DNA from: Octopus vulgaris
Taxonomy: Eukaryota
Assembly (NCBI GenBank): GCA_951406725.2
Contig: OX597824.1
Span: 91,636,001 to 91,700,000 of the forward strand
Reading direction: 5' to 3'
DNA: 64,000 bases
Shown here: piece after piece, positions 31,135 to 44,586 of the stretch
Position numbering within the stretch: the first letter of the stretch is position 1
Layout: the number at the start of each line of letters is the position of its first letter
The notes under the pieces: generated by a model
What the model saw: the letters and a program-made list of their open reading frames with translations, nothing else
What the model was told of the DNA's origin: nothing
The model's database searches: none
Position numbers and translations under genes: made by a program

Positions 31135-31393
31135 TTTCCCGGTTTCCTTGGCGTATAGGTTCCCCACCTGGACGGGACGCCGATCCGTCGTATTTGAGCT
31201 GTAAGATGCAGGAGGAAAGAGTGAGAGAAAGTTGTGGCGAAAGAGTCAGCAGAAGTTCGCCATTACCTTCTGCCGGAGCCGCGCGGAGCTTAGGTGTTTC
31301 GCTCATAAACACACACATCACTCGGTCTGAGATTCGAACCCGCGATCCATCGACCGCGAGTCTGCTGCTCCAACCACTAGGCCATGTGCCTCC
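31135..31393 (-). mobile_element. tRNA-derived SINE family D (others 41935-42135 -, 35930-36015 +, 26090-26305 -)
   Basis: Minus strand ggaggcacaTGGCCTAGTGGttggagc...gcgGGTTCGAATCtc (A and B boxes), then tgtgtgtttatgagcgaaacacctaagctcc. Confidence 0.85.
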
Positions 31394-31403
31394 AATGATC
31401 CCT

Positions 31404-31501
31404 AAAAAATATGGTACGCTTCACAAATTTGCGTGTCGTCCTTGTGTAGGGGCCATGCTAATCTTCTCTGTATCATTCAAATTTTTTTGCCGAAGCAATA
31501 C
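31404..31501 (-). pseudogene. U6: U6 snRNA pseudogene
   Basis: Minus strand gtattgcttcggca-aaaaaatttgaatgatACAGAGAAGATTAGCATGGCCCCTacacaaggacgacacgcaaatttgtgaagcgtaccatatttttt. About 10 nt of the 5' stem-loop region are missing and there are several substitutions. Confidence 0.95.
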
Positions 31502-32057
31502 ATAGTTATAAATAACAGCATACAAATACTCGTTTTAAATTTGGGCTCAAGGAGATGTATTTTGGGTGGAAGGGGGCTAAATCGACCTTAGTGCTCAATC
31601 GGTACTAATTCAATTGACCCCAAAAGGATGAACGACAAATTCTACTTAGCCGTAATTTGAACCCAGAACGCGTAAAGACGGACAAATGCCGCTAAGTATT
31701 TTGGCTGGCATTCTAACGATTGTCAGCTCGCCGCCCTCTAGCAAGTAAATATTGAGTTAGAAATCCTTTAGGCAGAAAAAAAAAATTAAAGTTGTGCGAT
31801 GGATTTGAACTCACGTCTTCTGTAAACAAGATATCTTCTTCTTTTGGACCGAAACGATACTGTGAATTGCTCACTTCATTTTAACAAGTTTGTCAGTGAT
31901 ATCTGTATGTTGCTTATATCATAAGAATTTAGAAATAGGAAACCTGAAATAGCACGTTTTAATGGTTGAACTCGAAGTAGATAAAACTATAAATAACATA
32001 ATAAAAATATTGGATTAAAAAACGGTTTGGATGGAAAAAATAATTTCTTGTCCTATA

Positions 32058-32244
32058 GGCGTAGGAGTGGCTGCCTGGTAAGTAGCTTGATTAGGAACCA
32101 CATGGTTCCGGGTTCAGTCCCACTGCGTGGCACCTTGGGCAAGTGTCTTCTACTATAGGCTCGGGCCGACCAAAGCCTTGTGAGTGGATTTGGTAGACGG
32201 AAATTGAAAGAAGCCCGTCGTATACATATATATATATATGTATG

Positions 32245-32286
<42 letters not shown>

Positions 32287-32537
32287 AAATCCACAGTGTG
32301 TGTGTGCGTGCGTGTATGTTTGTGTGTCTGTGTTTGTTCCCCCAACATTGCTTGACAACCGATGCTGGTGTGTTTACGTCCCCGTAACTTAGCGGTTCGG
32401 CAAAAGAAAACGATAGAATAAGTACTAGGCTTACAAAGAACAAGTCCTGGGGTCGATTTACTCGATTAAAGGCGTTGCTCCAGCATGGCCACACTCAAAT
32501 GACTGAAACAAGTAAATGAGTAGAAAGAGAGTAAAGT
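32058..32537 (+). mobile_element. SINE family A, full-length with internal (TA)n/(TG)n microsatellite
   Basis: A box tggctgcctgg, B box ggttcagtccc, central gcaccttgggcaagtgtcttc, internal microsatellite 32221-32330, tail gactgaaacaagtaaa..gagtaaag. Confidence 0.92.
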
Positions 32538-33131
32538 ATATAACACCTGCCTAAAATACAATATTTTTCCTCGACACGGGGACAACTTTCAAGATTACAT
32601 GGCATTCATGCCTTTCCCGTTGTTATGAACTGCGTAAGTTATTTAAGAATTTCCATAACCATATAAACGTCTGAGAAAGAAGCGGAAGTTAGACAAAGTA
32701 ATTTCCCTTATCCATTATTAGCGGAAGTCCCTTTCTGTAGTTAATTGAATTTCATTTAAGCAAGCGAACCAATATAAGAAAGCAACTTTATTTTTAGAAT
32801 CTTTACTTCCTTGACAGAAATACTTTAGAAATGGTTTGCAATCTTCTACCGCTTTCTCGGTTTTATTTAAAATTTATTTTCAGTAAATATGATTCTATTT
32901 TATTTCATGATCTCAGAGAGAGACGACTGATGATCCATTATATATATAGAGAAAACTTTGATACGTCTCTGTATGGATGCATTTGTGTGTGTATGTGTGT
33001 CCATGTGTGTGTGTGAGTGTGCGTGTGTGAGTGTGCGTATGGACATATGAATATAGTTACGCATGTACACATACATATATGTATGCATACACACACACGT
33101 GCGCACACACACACATATAATGCATATTATA

Positions 33132-33185
<54 letters not shown>

Positions 33186-33204
33186 TGTTTATTTATTTTC
33201 TTTA

Positions 33205-33346
33205 TTTTCTCTCTTTATTTTCTCTCCTTGTTTCTTTCTGTGTTCCTTTCTATGGAAGAGCATAGGCTCGAAACGTTAAAGCCTTTTTCACTTCTCGGTT
33301 GTCTACACCACCTGTCTTCGTCTTTTGTTCTTTTGGGAATTCTCCC
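33205..33346 (+). mobile_element. Hammerhead-bearing short element (family HA), degenerate core
   Basis: cttt-CTATGGA-A-GAGC-atag-GCTC-GAAA-CG-TT-aaag at 33246-33281. Confidence 0.7.
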
Positions 33347-34017
33347 TATATATATGTATATATATGTATGTATGTATATAAACGGGACAAAAACGCAATA
33401 GAGGGCATTGAAATGTTCTGACAGATAGACGACACAAAGGCAGACAAGAGAAACAACAATTAGAAGGACAGGCAAAAAAAGACAGGTCATTCTTGGCTTT
33501 CTTTCATCAGTCAAGTACCAGAAGTCAAGAACATTTAGGACAGTTACACATGAGATGGTTCCATCTTGTTCTAAGAGTATTAGAGCCCCTTGTAAGAAAG
33601 CTAGCGAATGTGTACGGCAACAAAGACAAAAAACCAGAGAACACGGTAAACAATCACAAATACAAACAACAAGGATATAACAACAGGTGTCTTTCGACTG
33701 AGAACGACTCAAATTGAGTCGGCGTGTATGAAGTGAAAGCCTGAAGGCAGAAACATAGGTGATGGATATATGAGGTGTTGGCGGTCGGCGGTCAGACCAA
33801 AACAGAAAGATCACGGCTGGTCGGACACCGGTCACGTGGAAGGAAAAGATATGGGTAGGGGAGAAATTTCGTATTTGTATTTGGTTTGCAAGATTCTTTA
33901 TATGAATTCGTGTTTTGAAACATATTCTGTTGTCTGGGGAGAGTCATTCTCTTTTTGTGCCTTATTACTTAACATATTCACTGGTTCCATTTCCAGTCAT
34001 TTACTTATTTAGTTTTC

Positions 34018-34054
34018 CTAAAATTTTCGTTGCGTCTTGCAACCTTTTCAATAG
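34018..34054 (-). ncRNA. Minimal hammerhead ribozyme variant (U3:A8)
   Basis: cta-TTGAAAA-G-GTTGC-aagac-GCAAC-GAAA-AT-TT-tag: 3-bp stem I, 5-bp stem II, palindromic stem III. Confidence 0.65.
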
Positions 34055-34535
34055 TCATTTGAATTATGGGTACTACTCGTTTCGACCAGCTAGGTAGACT
34101 AAATACAAAGCCATGCGCCTTCACAGCGTACAAACACTATCATGCACATATCTCGTTCTGATCTAATACTGGACGAAGCCTCACAATGCCGTTGCCAGCT
34201 TATCGTTGCAGTTATTGGTTTACCTATCAATGCTGGCTCATTGTGCTTCTATTTTTTTCTCAGGAGCCTCAGGATACAGAAAGCCCGTTGGCTACTTACT
34301 ACGGCGTAAGTATCACGGGAGTTGCGACATTCCCTCCAAAAGTTACTAGGTTCAAGGCCAGCATTGTTGACAGGAGGCGGCTGAGTCAACGACCTCGATG
34401 CCTGCACTTGACTGGTACTGTAATGCGAAAGTAAACAACCCAACAGCGGATTTGTTGGCAAGGGCACAAACACACAAAACACACAAATAAATAGAAACAT
34501 ACACACGCACGCACACACACACACGCACACACACG

Positions 34536-34572
<37 letters not shown>

Positions 34573-34764
34573 ATGTGTCGAGCTTCTATACAGTTGCCGT
34601 CTCCCAAATTCATTGGTCGGCCAGGGGCTATACAAGAAAACACTTGCCTATGGGGCAGTGCAGTGGGCTTGAACCGAAGACCAGGTAGCTGGGAATCAAA
34701 CTTCTTACCACACAGAAGTTTGTCTGCATACACACACACACAGACTCACACACACACACACACT

Positions 34765-34800
<36 letters not shown>

Positions 34801-34814
34801 CATATATATATGTA

Positions 34815-34855
<41 letters not shown>

Positions 34856-34886
34856 GTATATATATATATATATAAATATATATATG

Positions 34887-34967
<81 letters not shown>

Positions 34968-35050
34968 AAATATATATATATATATATATATTATATATAC
35001 ATATATATACATATATATATATATAATATATATACATGTATATATATAAG

Positions 35051-35082
<32 letters not shown>

Positions 35083-35796
35083 ATATACGCAATATACACA
35101 ATATGCATACACATAAATGCATACTCGAACGCATAGTCCAACACATACACACACACGCACACACACATAATTTGTCCCACCCCATACGTAAATAATCCCG
35201 CGCTACAGTTATTGATGGTAATTATATTAGAAACACGAAGAAGCGGTTAATAAAATTAATTAGCATCTCCTTATTGATTGCACCATAATGGGAAGCGCTG
35301 GTATTCTCAGAGGAGTCCATAATTGAGGCTATATTGAATTGATCTTGTAGTTTCTACTCTTTTTACTCATTGGACTGCGCCCATGCTTGAGCATCGTCTT
35401 GAACAAATCGACATCGGTTGTTTAAAGTTTGGAGGGCGGTGAGCTGGCAGAAACGTTACCGCGCCGGGCGAAATGCGTCTGCCGTTACGTTCTGAGTTCA
35501 AATACCGCCGAGGTCGACTTTGCTTTTCATCCTTTCGGCCTCGATAAATTAAGTACCAGTTACGCACTGGGGTCGATGTAATCGACTTAATCCGTTTGTC
35601 TGTCCTTGTGTGTCCCCTCTGTGTTTAGCCCCTTGTGGGTAGTAAAGAAATAGGTATTTTAAAGTTTGATAGTTATTCTATTCGTTTTCTTTTGTCGAAG
35701 CTCTAAGTTACGAGAATTAAACTGAACAACGGTGGTGATGAGGAAGGGGTGTGTGTGTGTGACAACACGGACAGAAAAACATACGCACGGAGTCAT

Positions 35797-35850
35797 ACAG
35801 TAATCCCTCGTCATATCGCGGTTCACTTATCGCGGTCTATTATTTAAGCT
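35797..35850 (+). mobile_element. Tigger/pogo-like terminal inverted repeat fragment
   Basis: TA-CAGTAATCCCTCG..ATATCGCGG..TATCGCGG. Confidence 0.5.
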
Positions 35851-36019
35851 GACGTCGATTCCTCTGAGGTGTTGTTTCGCATTTATAATAAAATAAATAT
35901 ATGTGAATTATGTGAAGGCAGATTTCGTAGGAGTTAGAGCAGCGAACATGGGATCGAGGGATCGCAGGTTCGAATCTCAAACTGGGAGTTGTGTGTGTTT
36001 ATGAGCGAAACATCTTCGC

Positions 36020-36255
36020 TCATATGTACCTAAATGATAAACTTCTGGAAAGTTTTACAGATATTTACAGTTCCAGTGATGGATTGGATCTGTAGTCTTC
36101 GAATTAGCTGTCTACTTTCTGCTTTTGAGAAGCCTAATTTCTCAAGATTGGCATTTAGGCAGTGTGTTACGTATCTCAGGGCCCCAATAATTACAGGTAA
36201 AAACCTGAACTTGTAATCTGGATAGAGTAACTGCAGATTTCTCAATAGTTCAGCG
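36020..36255 (-). mobile_element. RLE LINE 3' fragment
   Basis: YAELLRNLQLLYPDYKFRFLPVIIGALRYVTHCLNANLEKLGFSK...TFQKFII; the 5' junction lies in catgcatacatac. Confidence 0.9.
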
Positions 36256-36454
36256 TATGTATGCATGTATATGACAGGCTTCCACACAATCTCCGCCTAC
36301 TAAATTCCCTCACAAGGAATTGGTCGGTGTTCGGGGCTGTAGTAGAAGAGACGAGCTCGAGGTACCGTGCAATGGGACTGAAACCGAAGCCACATGGCTT
36401 CAAAGCGAGCATCTTTACCTCACAACCATACTGGCGCATGTTTAGTGAATAATT

Positions 36455-36875
36455 CTCTTTTATTCCTTTATTTGTTTCAGTCATTTGTTTGCGGCCATAC
36501 TGGAGCACCGCCTTTACTCGAACAGATCGTGCCCATGACATATTCTTTGTAAGCCTTGTACGTTTTCTATCGGGCTCTCTTGCACAATGGCTAGGTTACG
36601 TGGACGTAAACACCATAACACCGGCTGTCAAGTAATGGTGGAGAACAAACACTGACACACAAATACACACACACACACACACACACACACATGCATATCT
36701 ATATTGATATATATACGACGAGCTTCTTTCAGTTTCCGTCTACGAAATCTACTCATAAGGCTTTGCTCGGCCCTAATCTATAGTAGAAGGCACTTGTTCA
36801 AGGTGCCACGCGTGGGACTGAACTGGGAACCATGTGGTTGGTAAGCAAACTTCTTACCACACAGCTACGCTTGGG
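36455..36875 (-). mobile_element. SINE family A, full-length
   Basis: Reverse complement of the 32058-32537 copy, with internal (CA)n. Confidence 0.9.
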
Positions 36876-38547
36876 TCTGTCACTGATTTAAATATAAGTA
36901 CAGAAATTTTGAGGGGCGGAGATTTGGTGAACACGTAGTGACCACAAGTTGTCCTATACTCTATTGTATTCATCCAGGGCGAATGAACGACAAAGTTGTC
37001 CTTGGCGGAATTTGAACTCGGAACCAAAACATCTGGATGGTTTCCAATTATTTTTGGACATTTTTCACGCTAATTTATTTTCTACGCTTGGTTTTGTGTT
37101 TACGAATTTTTCGCACAACAGATTCTGACAATTAAATAATTAAGTTTTTATATATTTCAGTTCATGCGTGCATATACAATATTATGATAATCATACGTAT
37201 GTATGTATGTATGTATGTATGTATGTATGTATGTATGTATGTATGTATGTATGTATGTATGTATGTATGTGTGTATGTATGTGTGTATGTATGTGTGTAT
37301 GCATGTATGTACACATATTTCTACGTGCATGCATACACATAAAACCTATATATATATAAATCTATATATCTATCTATTTCTCTGTCTCTCACTCACTCAC
37401 TCTCTCTCTCTCTCTCACTCTCTCTCTCTCTATACATATACATATATCTATCTATATATATATATATATATACACATATCCATCTTGCAGATTCATGTGT
37501 GTACATATTTCATGCTCATACACATGCATGTCTAGATATACATATACATACATGAAGGCGTAGAAATACATAATATATATATACATATACATATACATGT
37601 ATATACGTACGTATGTATTGCACAAACATACGCACGCACGCACACACACACATATATACACACACACACATTTATATATATATATGTAGATATATACGCA
37701 CACGCCTCAGCGTCTCAGGCTGTACCTTTGTATATATATTTATGAGTGTGTATGTGTGTGTGTGTATGTTGTGTGTGTGTGTGTGTGTGTCTGTGCGTAT
37801 GTCTGTATGTGTTCATGCGTGTTCGTGCGTTGAGTATAATGGCGAGCAAAGTGAATAAGTCCCGACATGCCCGAAATGTAAAAATATATCGTGAGATAAC
37901 TTGTCTGGAATAATGACGTACTGCTAGCAAAAAGATATATCTGCCGGCATTACATTTAACACACCATAAATTCGGAGAAGCAACGGACACAGAACTTTGC
38001 GAATCCCAACGCACACACCTTATAACCTCGGCTTAATTATTGTAAATGATTACTGAATAAAACTGGAAACCGGACTCGGTAAACCGTCTCGAATTACAGC
38101 TGTAGGATCCGTCCCTTATGCATCATAATGTAATGAATTGTAATAGAAATACATGCAAAGAGGCGTAGGCTTGGCCGTGTGGATACGAAGGTCGTTTTGC
38201 AGCAAAGTGGTTTTAGCTGCTCGGTTCGATATTGCGGCACGTTGGGCAAAGGTCTTCCAGTAAAGCCACAGGTTGGCCCATGTTTTGTGAGTGAAGTTGG
38301 TAGACGGATACTGCCTGTGTAGCAAAGCCCGTCGTGCACGAGCGCGTGTGTATGTATGTATGTATGTATGTATGTATGTATGTATGTATGTATGTGGCTG
38401 TGTGGTAATAAGTATGCTTACCAAACACAGGGTTCTGAGTTCAATTCCAATATGTGGCACATTGGGCAAATGTTTTCTAATCCAACCCTCGGACCAACCT
38501 AAGCTTTTTGACTAGATTTAACTGACGGAAACAGAAAGAAGCCTATC

Positions 38548-38616
<69 letters not shown>

Positions 38617-38777
38617 AGCATTCCGTCGGTATCGACGACTAGGGTTCCAGTTGAACCGATCAACGGAACAGCCTACTCGTGTAATTAACGTGTAAGTGGC
38701 TGAGCACTCCACAGACGCGTATACCCTTGGTATTATGCAAAATTGCCGTTAGTCAAAAAAGCCGCTTTTTCAGCAAA

Positions 38778-39290
38778 CGATGATGATTATGACGATAATG
38801 ATGATGATGATGACGATGATGATGACGATGTTGATGATGACGATGATGATGATGATGATGACGACGACGACGACGACGATGATGAAGCTGACGATTATGA
38901 TGATGATGATTATGATGATGATGACGACGATGATGATGATGATGACGACGATGATGATGACGATGACGATGATGATGATGATGAAGATGATGATGATGAT
39001 GACGATGATGATGATGATGATGATGGTTAAAATATGAAGGCTGGGGTAAGATGATATCGTTTATACAAATTATAAAGTAATTGTTGAGGAAAATGTTGAT
39101 GGGGAGAGTACGGGTGAAGTGTTAGGAGAGGAAATAGATGTGAGGGGTTGTGGAGCGGGAAGGAATAAAAAGATGAAGAAGAAGACGAAGAAGAAGAAGA
39201 AGAAGAAGAAGAAGAAGAAGAAGAAGAAGAAGAAGAAGAAGAAGAAGAAGAAGAAGAAGAAGAAGAAGAAGAAGAAGAAGAAGAAGCTAG
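38778..39290. repeat. (GAT/GAC)n and (GAA)n microsatellites
   Basis: Directly visible. Confidence 0.95.
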
Positions 39291-39820
39291 AAAAGGATGA
39301 AATAAAACGGGCAGAAAACGAAGATATATAAAGTATAAAACAAAAAACTGCGTTCGAATCGAAGTGAGAAGAAAGAAAAAAATGGAAATGAAAATACATT
39401 AATAATAAAATAATAAAAAAGAGAAAAAGACAGGCACCAACAACAATACAAACAATAACACCAGTAACTGCAACAACAAAGACAACAACAACTACAACAA
39501 CAACAATAAAAACAACTGTAGCATAAATAAATAAGAAAAAGGTTGTAAAAATGATTGGTTGATTAGCCAAGAATATCATATTTAAATAAAGCATTATTTT
39601 ACAGTTAGTTCATGGAGACATTGTTACAGACATTATAACATTAAAGATCAGGCTTAGAGAAAGTTACTGACATGAACAGATAGTAAATACTAAACTACCA
39701 ACACCGACACACACACACACACAGAACACAATGAACACACAGGACACACAGACACACCGCACACATGTACACACGCAAACACACAACAAAGTTTACATAT
39801 ATATACATAAGTACACATAC

Positions 39821-39855
<35 letters not shown>

Positions 39856-40083
39856 CATATATGTGCATATATATATGTATGCATGTATATGTATGTGTGT
39901 ATATATATATATTCATATATTCATATTCATATACATACGTATATATGCACATATATGTATATACACATATATGCATATATATATATATGTATGTATGTAT
40001 ATACATAAGTGCGTATATACTTATTTGTGCATATATACACGGTCATACTTACATACACACACACACACACACATATATATACA

Positions 40084-40137
<54 letters not shown>

Positions 40138-40152
40138 CTATGTATGTGTATG

Positions 40153-40190
<38 letters not shown>

Positions 40191-40809
40191 AAAGAAGAAA
40201 AAGAAAAGAAAGAGTGAGAAGTGAATCGTGTATGTATATATATGTATATATAAAATGAGATAGGGGTTGAAAATTCAACCCACCATGGGATAATATATTG
40301 AGTATCATCGGATAGTTGATGTTTTACTGATTTAAGTATGTTTCTCCATTCTCTAATTTTGTATATGTATATATATATATATAATACAAAATGGGACAAG
40401 AACGCAAAACATCCGGACAGTTAGGTGATACAAAAATGGGACAACAAAACATCCAGATAGATGATGCAATTCGGAGTTTTCTTTCCTCAGTCGAGTTCCA
40501 AATTATCTTCACAATTTCGGTTGATTATACTCGAGATTGCTCCAATCTGGCCAGCCCCAAGGAAAAACTACGCTAAGAGCATTAGATTCCTTGGAAGAAA
40601 GCAGCAAATGTATATGAAAACAAGGACGAAAAAAAAACGGAGTATGTTACACAAATACAATAAAAATATTAACAGGACATAACAACAGGTGTCTTTCGAC
40701 TAAGGACGAATTAAATTCAGCTGGCGTGTGTGGAAATAAATCCTTACGGCAGGGATACAAGATTTCACAGGCACAGGGACGAATTTCTTTTAAGTTCTTT
40801 TCAGTCCTT

Positions 40810-40867
40810 CCCCACATCTGATGATGTAGACATGTTCTACGTATACGAAACTTTAAGTCATGCGGGG
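40810..40867 (+). ncRNA. Type I hammerhead ribozyme, canonical core, GUC site
   Basis: ccccacat-CTGATGA-t-gta..tac-GAAA-ctttaag-TC-atgcgggg: stem I 7/8 bp, near-palindromic stem III. Confidence 0.78.
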
Positions 40868-41220
40868 TTGAGTCAAACTGTTATTACACACACACATATG
40901 CGACGGACTTACACAATTTCTCTCAGTCAAATTCACTCAAAAACCATTTGATCGCTTGTGGCTGTAGCAGGTGACACTTGTACAAGATACTACGCAATGG
41001 AACTGAACCCAAAACCGCGAGGATACGAAGCGATATTGTTAACCGCGATGCACAGACGCGATGCAACGATGATTTACGGTATTTGTTCATTGAAACTTTA
41101 ATATCTATTTTCGACGAAATGTTCTTATTTAATTACATTTAAGTCACATGCCATTATGAAGCGCGCATTCGGTTTGTTGAGTTCACTATATCTATGATTT
41201 TCATGCCTGTGAAATAAACG

Positions 41221-41390
41221 ATGGGTGAATGGGAAATTAGAACGACTTTATTGTGTGAATTCAAAATGGAGTATAATACAGCTGTAACTTCTCGTAACAT
41301 CAACCAAGCATTTGATCAAAGTATCCCTAACGAGCGTACAACTAAAGCTTGTTTCTAACGCTTTTGTTGTAGAGAAGAGACGCATGAACA
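41221..41390 (+). mobile_element. mariner transposase N-terminal HTH relic
   Basis: MGEWEIRTTLLCEFKMEYNTAVTSRNINQAFDQSIPNERTTKACF*RFC resembles the Hsmar1-type IR..FLFEFKMG..AAET.RNIN.AFG....NERT...WF..F. Confidence 0.8.
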
Positions 41391-42265
41391 TCTATGGCTT
41401 GATGGCCATTGTTTAATGAGGGTAAGACGGCGAGCTGGCAGAACCGTTAGCACGTCGGGCGAAATGCTTAGCGGTATTTCGTCTGTCTTTATGTTCTGAG
41501 TTCAAATTCCGCCGAGGTCGACTTTGCCTTTTATCCATTTCGGGGTCGATTAAATAAGTACCAGATACGCACTGGTGGGGTCGATATAATCGACTTAATC
41601 CGTTTGTCTGTCCTTGTTTGTCCTCTCTGTGTTTAGCCCCTTGTGGTTTGTAAAGAAATAGGTATTTCGTCTGTCTTTACGTTCTGAGTTCAAATTCCGC
41701 CGAGGTCGACTTTGCCTTTCATCCTTTCAGGGTCGATAATTTAATTGCGTACTGGGGTCGATATAATCGACTATCCCCCTTCCCCCAAAATTTTCAAGGC
41801 CTTGTGCCTAGAGTAGAAATAATTATTTAATGAGGCTAAAAGAAGTTGACACGAGAGTCTTCAGAAAAGTAAAAGGTTACAGATTCCTTAGTAGTCTGCG
41901 TTTGTGCACCATGGCTGGCCATTTGAAATACAGGTACAAGAGAAACAGGAAGAAAGAGTGAGAGAAAATTGTGGTGAAAGAGTACAGCAGGGTTCGTTAC
42001 CACTCCCCTGCCGGAGCCTCATGGAACTCTAAGTGTTTTCGCTCAATAAACACTCACAGTGCACGGTCTGGGAATCGAAACCGCGATTCTACGACCGAGA
42101 GTCCGCTGCCCTAACCACTAGGCCATTGCGCCTCCACTATGTTTATATGTGAACGTGTTTCAAAGCCTTTGCATATGTTTCTGGGCGTCAAAGTTTACAA
42201 GTTATGTATGTTTCACTGTACACACGTGTGTATATATCAGTGTGTGTGTGTGTGTGTGTGCGTGT

Positions 42266-42314
<49 letters not shown>

Positions 42315-42426
42315 TGCGTATGAAATATTCGCGGTCTTTTTCATGTTCAGGCTAACTTTGAGATTCCAGTACCTGTCTATCGATTACCGTTATGATTCTG
42401 ATAAATAAATACTTCAGGGCGAAAGA

Positions 42427-42559
42427 TCATCACTACCATCATAATCATCATCATCATCATCATCTTCATCATCATCATCTTCATCATCATCATCATCATC
42501 ATCATCATCGTCATCATCATCATCATCATCACCACCATCATCTTCATCATCATCGTCAT

Positions 42560-42591
<32 letters not shown>

Positions 42592-42633
42592 TCGTCGTCA
42601 TCATCATCATCATCGTCATCATCGTCATCATCG

Positions 42634-42689
<56 letters not shown>

Positions 42690-42694
42690 GTCAT

Positions 42695-42725
<31 letters not shown>

Positions 42726-42729
42726 GTCG

Positions 42730-42771
<42 letters not shown>

Positions 42772-42810
42772 CCACCATGTCCACCACCGTTGTTGTCATC
42801 TTCGTCGTCG
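42427..42810. repeat. (CAT)n microsatellite
   Basis: Directly visible. Confidence 0.95.
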
Positions 42811-42959
42811 TCATCTCATCAGCATCTCCTTAGTTGTTATCTTGATCATAAATGAAGCGATATGTACGTACATACATACACGCACGTATACGTACATACA
42901 TATGCGGACGTATACATACATACCTGCATACACGCACATATACACACACATACATACAT

Positions 42960-43085
42960 ACAAACAAAAAATACAAACAAAAACAAATTGTTGATGTTGA
43001 AATCCATTGAAGGAGACTTAGATCTGGATTAGAAACCGACTCATTCTATTGGCAAGAAATCTTGAAATAAAACTCAATAATGACA
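42960..43085 (+). mobile_element. RLE LINE 3' UTR-only insertion in (CATA)n (second copy 43440-43580)
   Basis: Matches the reverse complement of 59985-60080: gttgaaat.c...gaagga...gatct..ttagaaaccg...ttggcaagaaat..AATAAA, then (CATA)n. Confidence 0.75.
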
Positions 43086-43588
43086 TACATACATACACAC
43101 ACACATATACATACATACGTGCTTGCATACATACATGCATACACACACATACATACATATATACATACATACATACATACATACATACATACATACATAC
43201 ATACATACATCACTCGAATTCGCCTATTTGGCGTGGGAGACTATTTATCGAAATACGATGAATACTAACTTGACTTGATAGCCACATCTATCAGTCCCGT
43301 TGAATAATGGTTAATCTTCAGATGAATTAACCGAGGGAGTCTTTTATTCAAGATCGCAGTGATTTTTCGACTGAAACTTGACTTTACCATGGCTTGACAC
43401 GACAGCATCAACAACATCACAACCGAAGAACAGAACGAAACCAACATCGCAAAAAAAAAAAGGCCTCAGATATTCTATTGATGTTGTTGAAATTCCAATG
43501 AAGGAGTCTTGGATCTTCGTTAGAAACCGGTTCTTACTCTTTTGGCAAGAAATATTGGAATAAAACCGAATAATAACACACATGTATA

Positions 43589-43807
43589 CGAGTGGATGTT
43601 GAAATTTTCCTGGCTTTGGGTTAAAGGAGAATACAGGAGGATCATTTAATTATGGTTTTATTTAACATACAGGCCCCTCAGATTCACACACTTATTACAC
43701 GACCCTTCAGTTTTTTCTAAGCCCTGTAAAAAAAACTCGGAAGGTCGGGCCTCCAACCAGGCGTTTCGCGATATCCTTATAGCCAAGCAATTTTCAGCGC
43801 CTCTTCG
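43589..43807. mobile_element. mariner-derived MITE (~220 bp)
   Basis: Imperfect TIRs (cgagtggatgttgaaattttcctggct vs rc cgaagaggcgctgaaaattgcttggct), with TA on both sides. Confidence 0.75.
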
Positions 43808-44069
43808 TACGGACACAAAATACTTTGGATTTCCTTCGTTCTTGCATCCTTGATTTAATCCGTGTAAACATTCTTAGATACTTGTGTCTCTTCCAAGTTA
43901 ATAAGCTACGTAGATCTATTCCAATTACTTTTATGGATTTTCCCGCTTCTCCTCAACCGGAGCGCTTTTCTCGTTACGCTAAGGGCTTCTCTTTACTATA
44001 AAGCTTTAAATCCTCCCCAAAAATTTCAGGCCTCGTGCCTAGAGTAGAAATGAATATTATTGCTGTTGT

Positions 44070-44349
44070 TACTACCATCACCACCACCACCACAACTGCT
44101 GCTGCTACTACTACTACTACTACTACTACTACTATTACCACCACCACCATCATCACTACGACGACGACGACCACCACCACCACCATTACCACCACCACTA
44201 CTACTACTACCACCAGCACCACCAGCACCACCACCAGCATCACCACCACCACCACCACCACCACTACTACTACAACTACTACTACTACTACTACTACTAC
44301 TATCACCACCACCACCATCACCACAACGACCACCACCACCACCACCACC

Positions 44350-44392
<43 letters not shown>

Positions 44393-44544
44393 GCACCACC
44401 ACCACCACCAGCACAACCACCACCAGCACCACCACCAGCACCACCACCACCAACCACCACCACCACCACCACCACCACCACCACCACCACCACCACCACC
44501 ACCACCACCACCACCACCACCACTATTTACTACTACTACTACTA

Positions 44545-44585
<41 letters not shown>
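44070..44585. repeat. (CAC)n/(CTA)n compound microsatellite
   Basis: Directly visible. Confidence 0.95.

Positions 44586-44586
<1 letters not shown>

Noticed and set aside
31404-31501. Functional U6 gene
   Set aside because: The 5' stem-loop region is deleted, there are several substitutions, and a SINE fragment lies ~75 bp upstream in the expected promoter region.
42990-43545. ccaatgaagg...GAAACCGGTT as a hammerhead
   Set aside because: No stem I pairing and a poor core; the sequence is the 3' UTR of the RLE LINE (contiguous with its ORF at 59985-60184).
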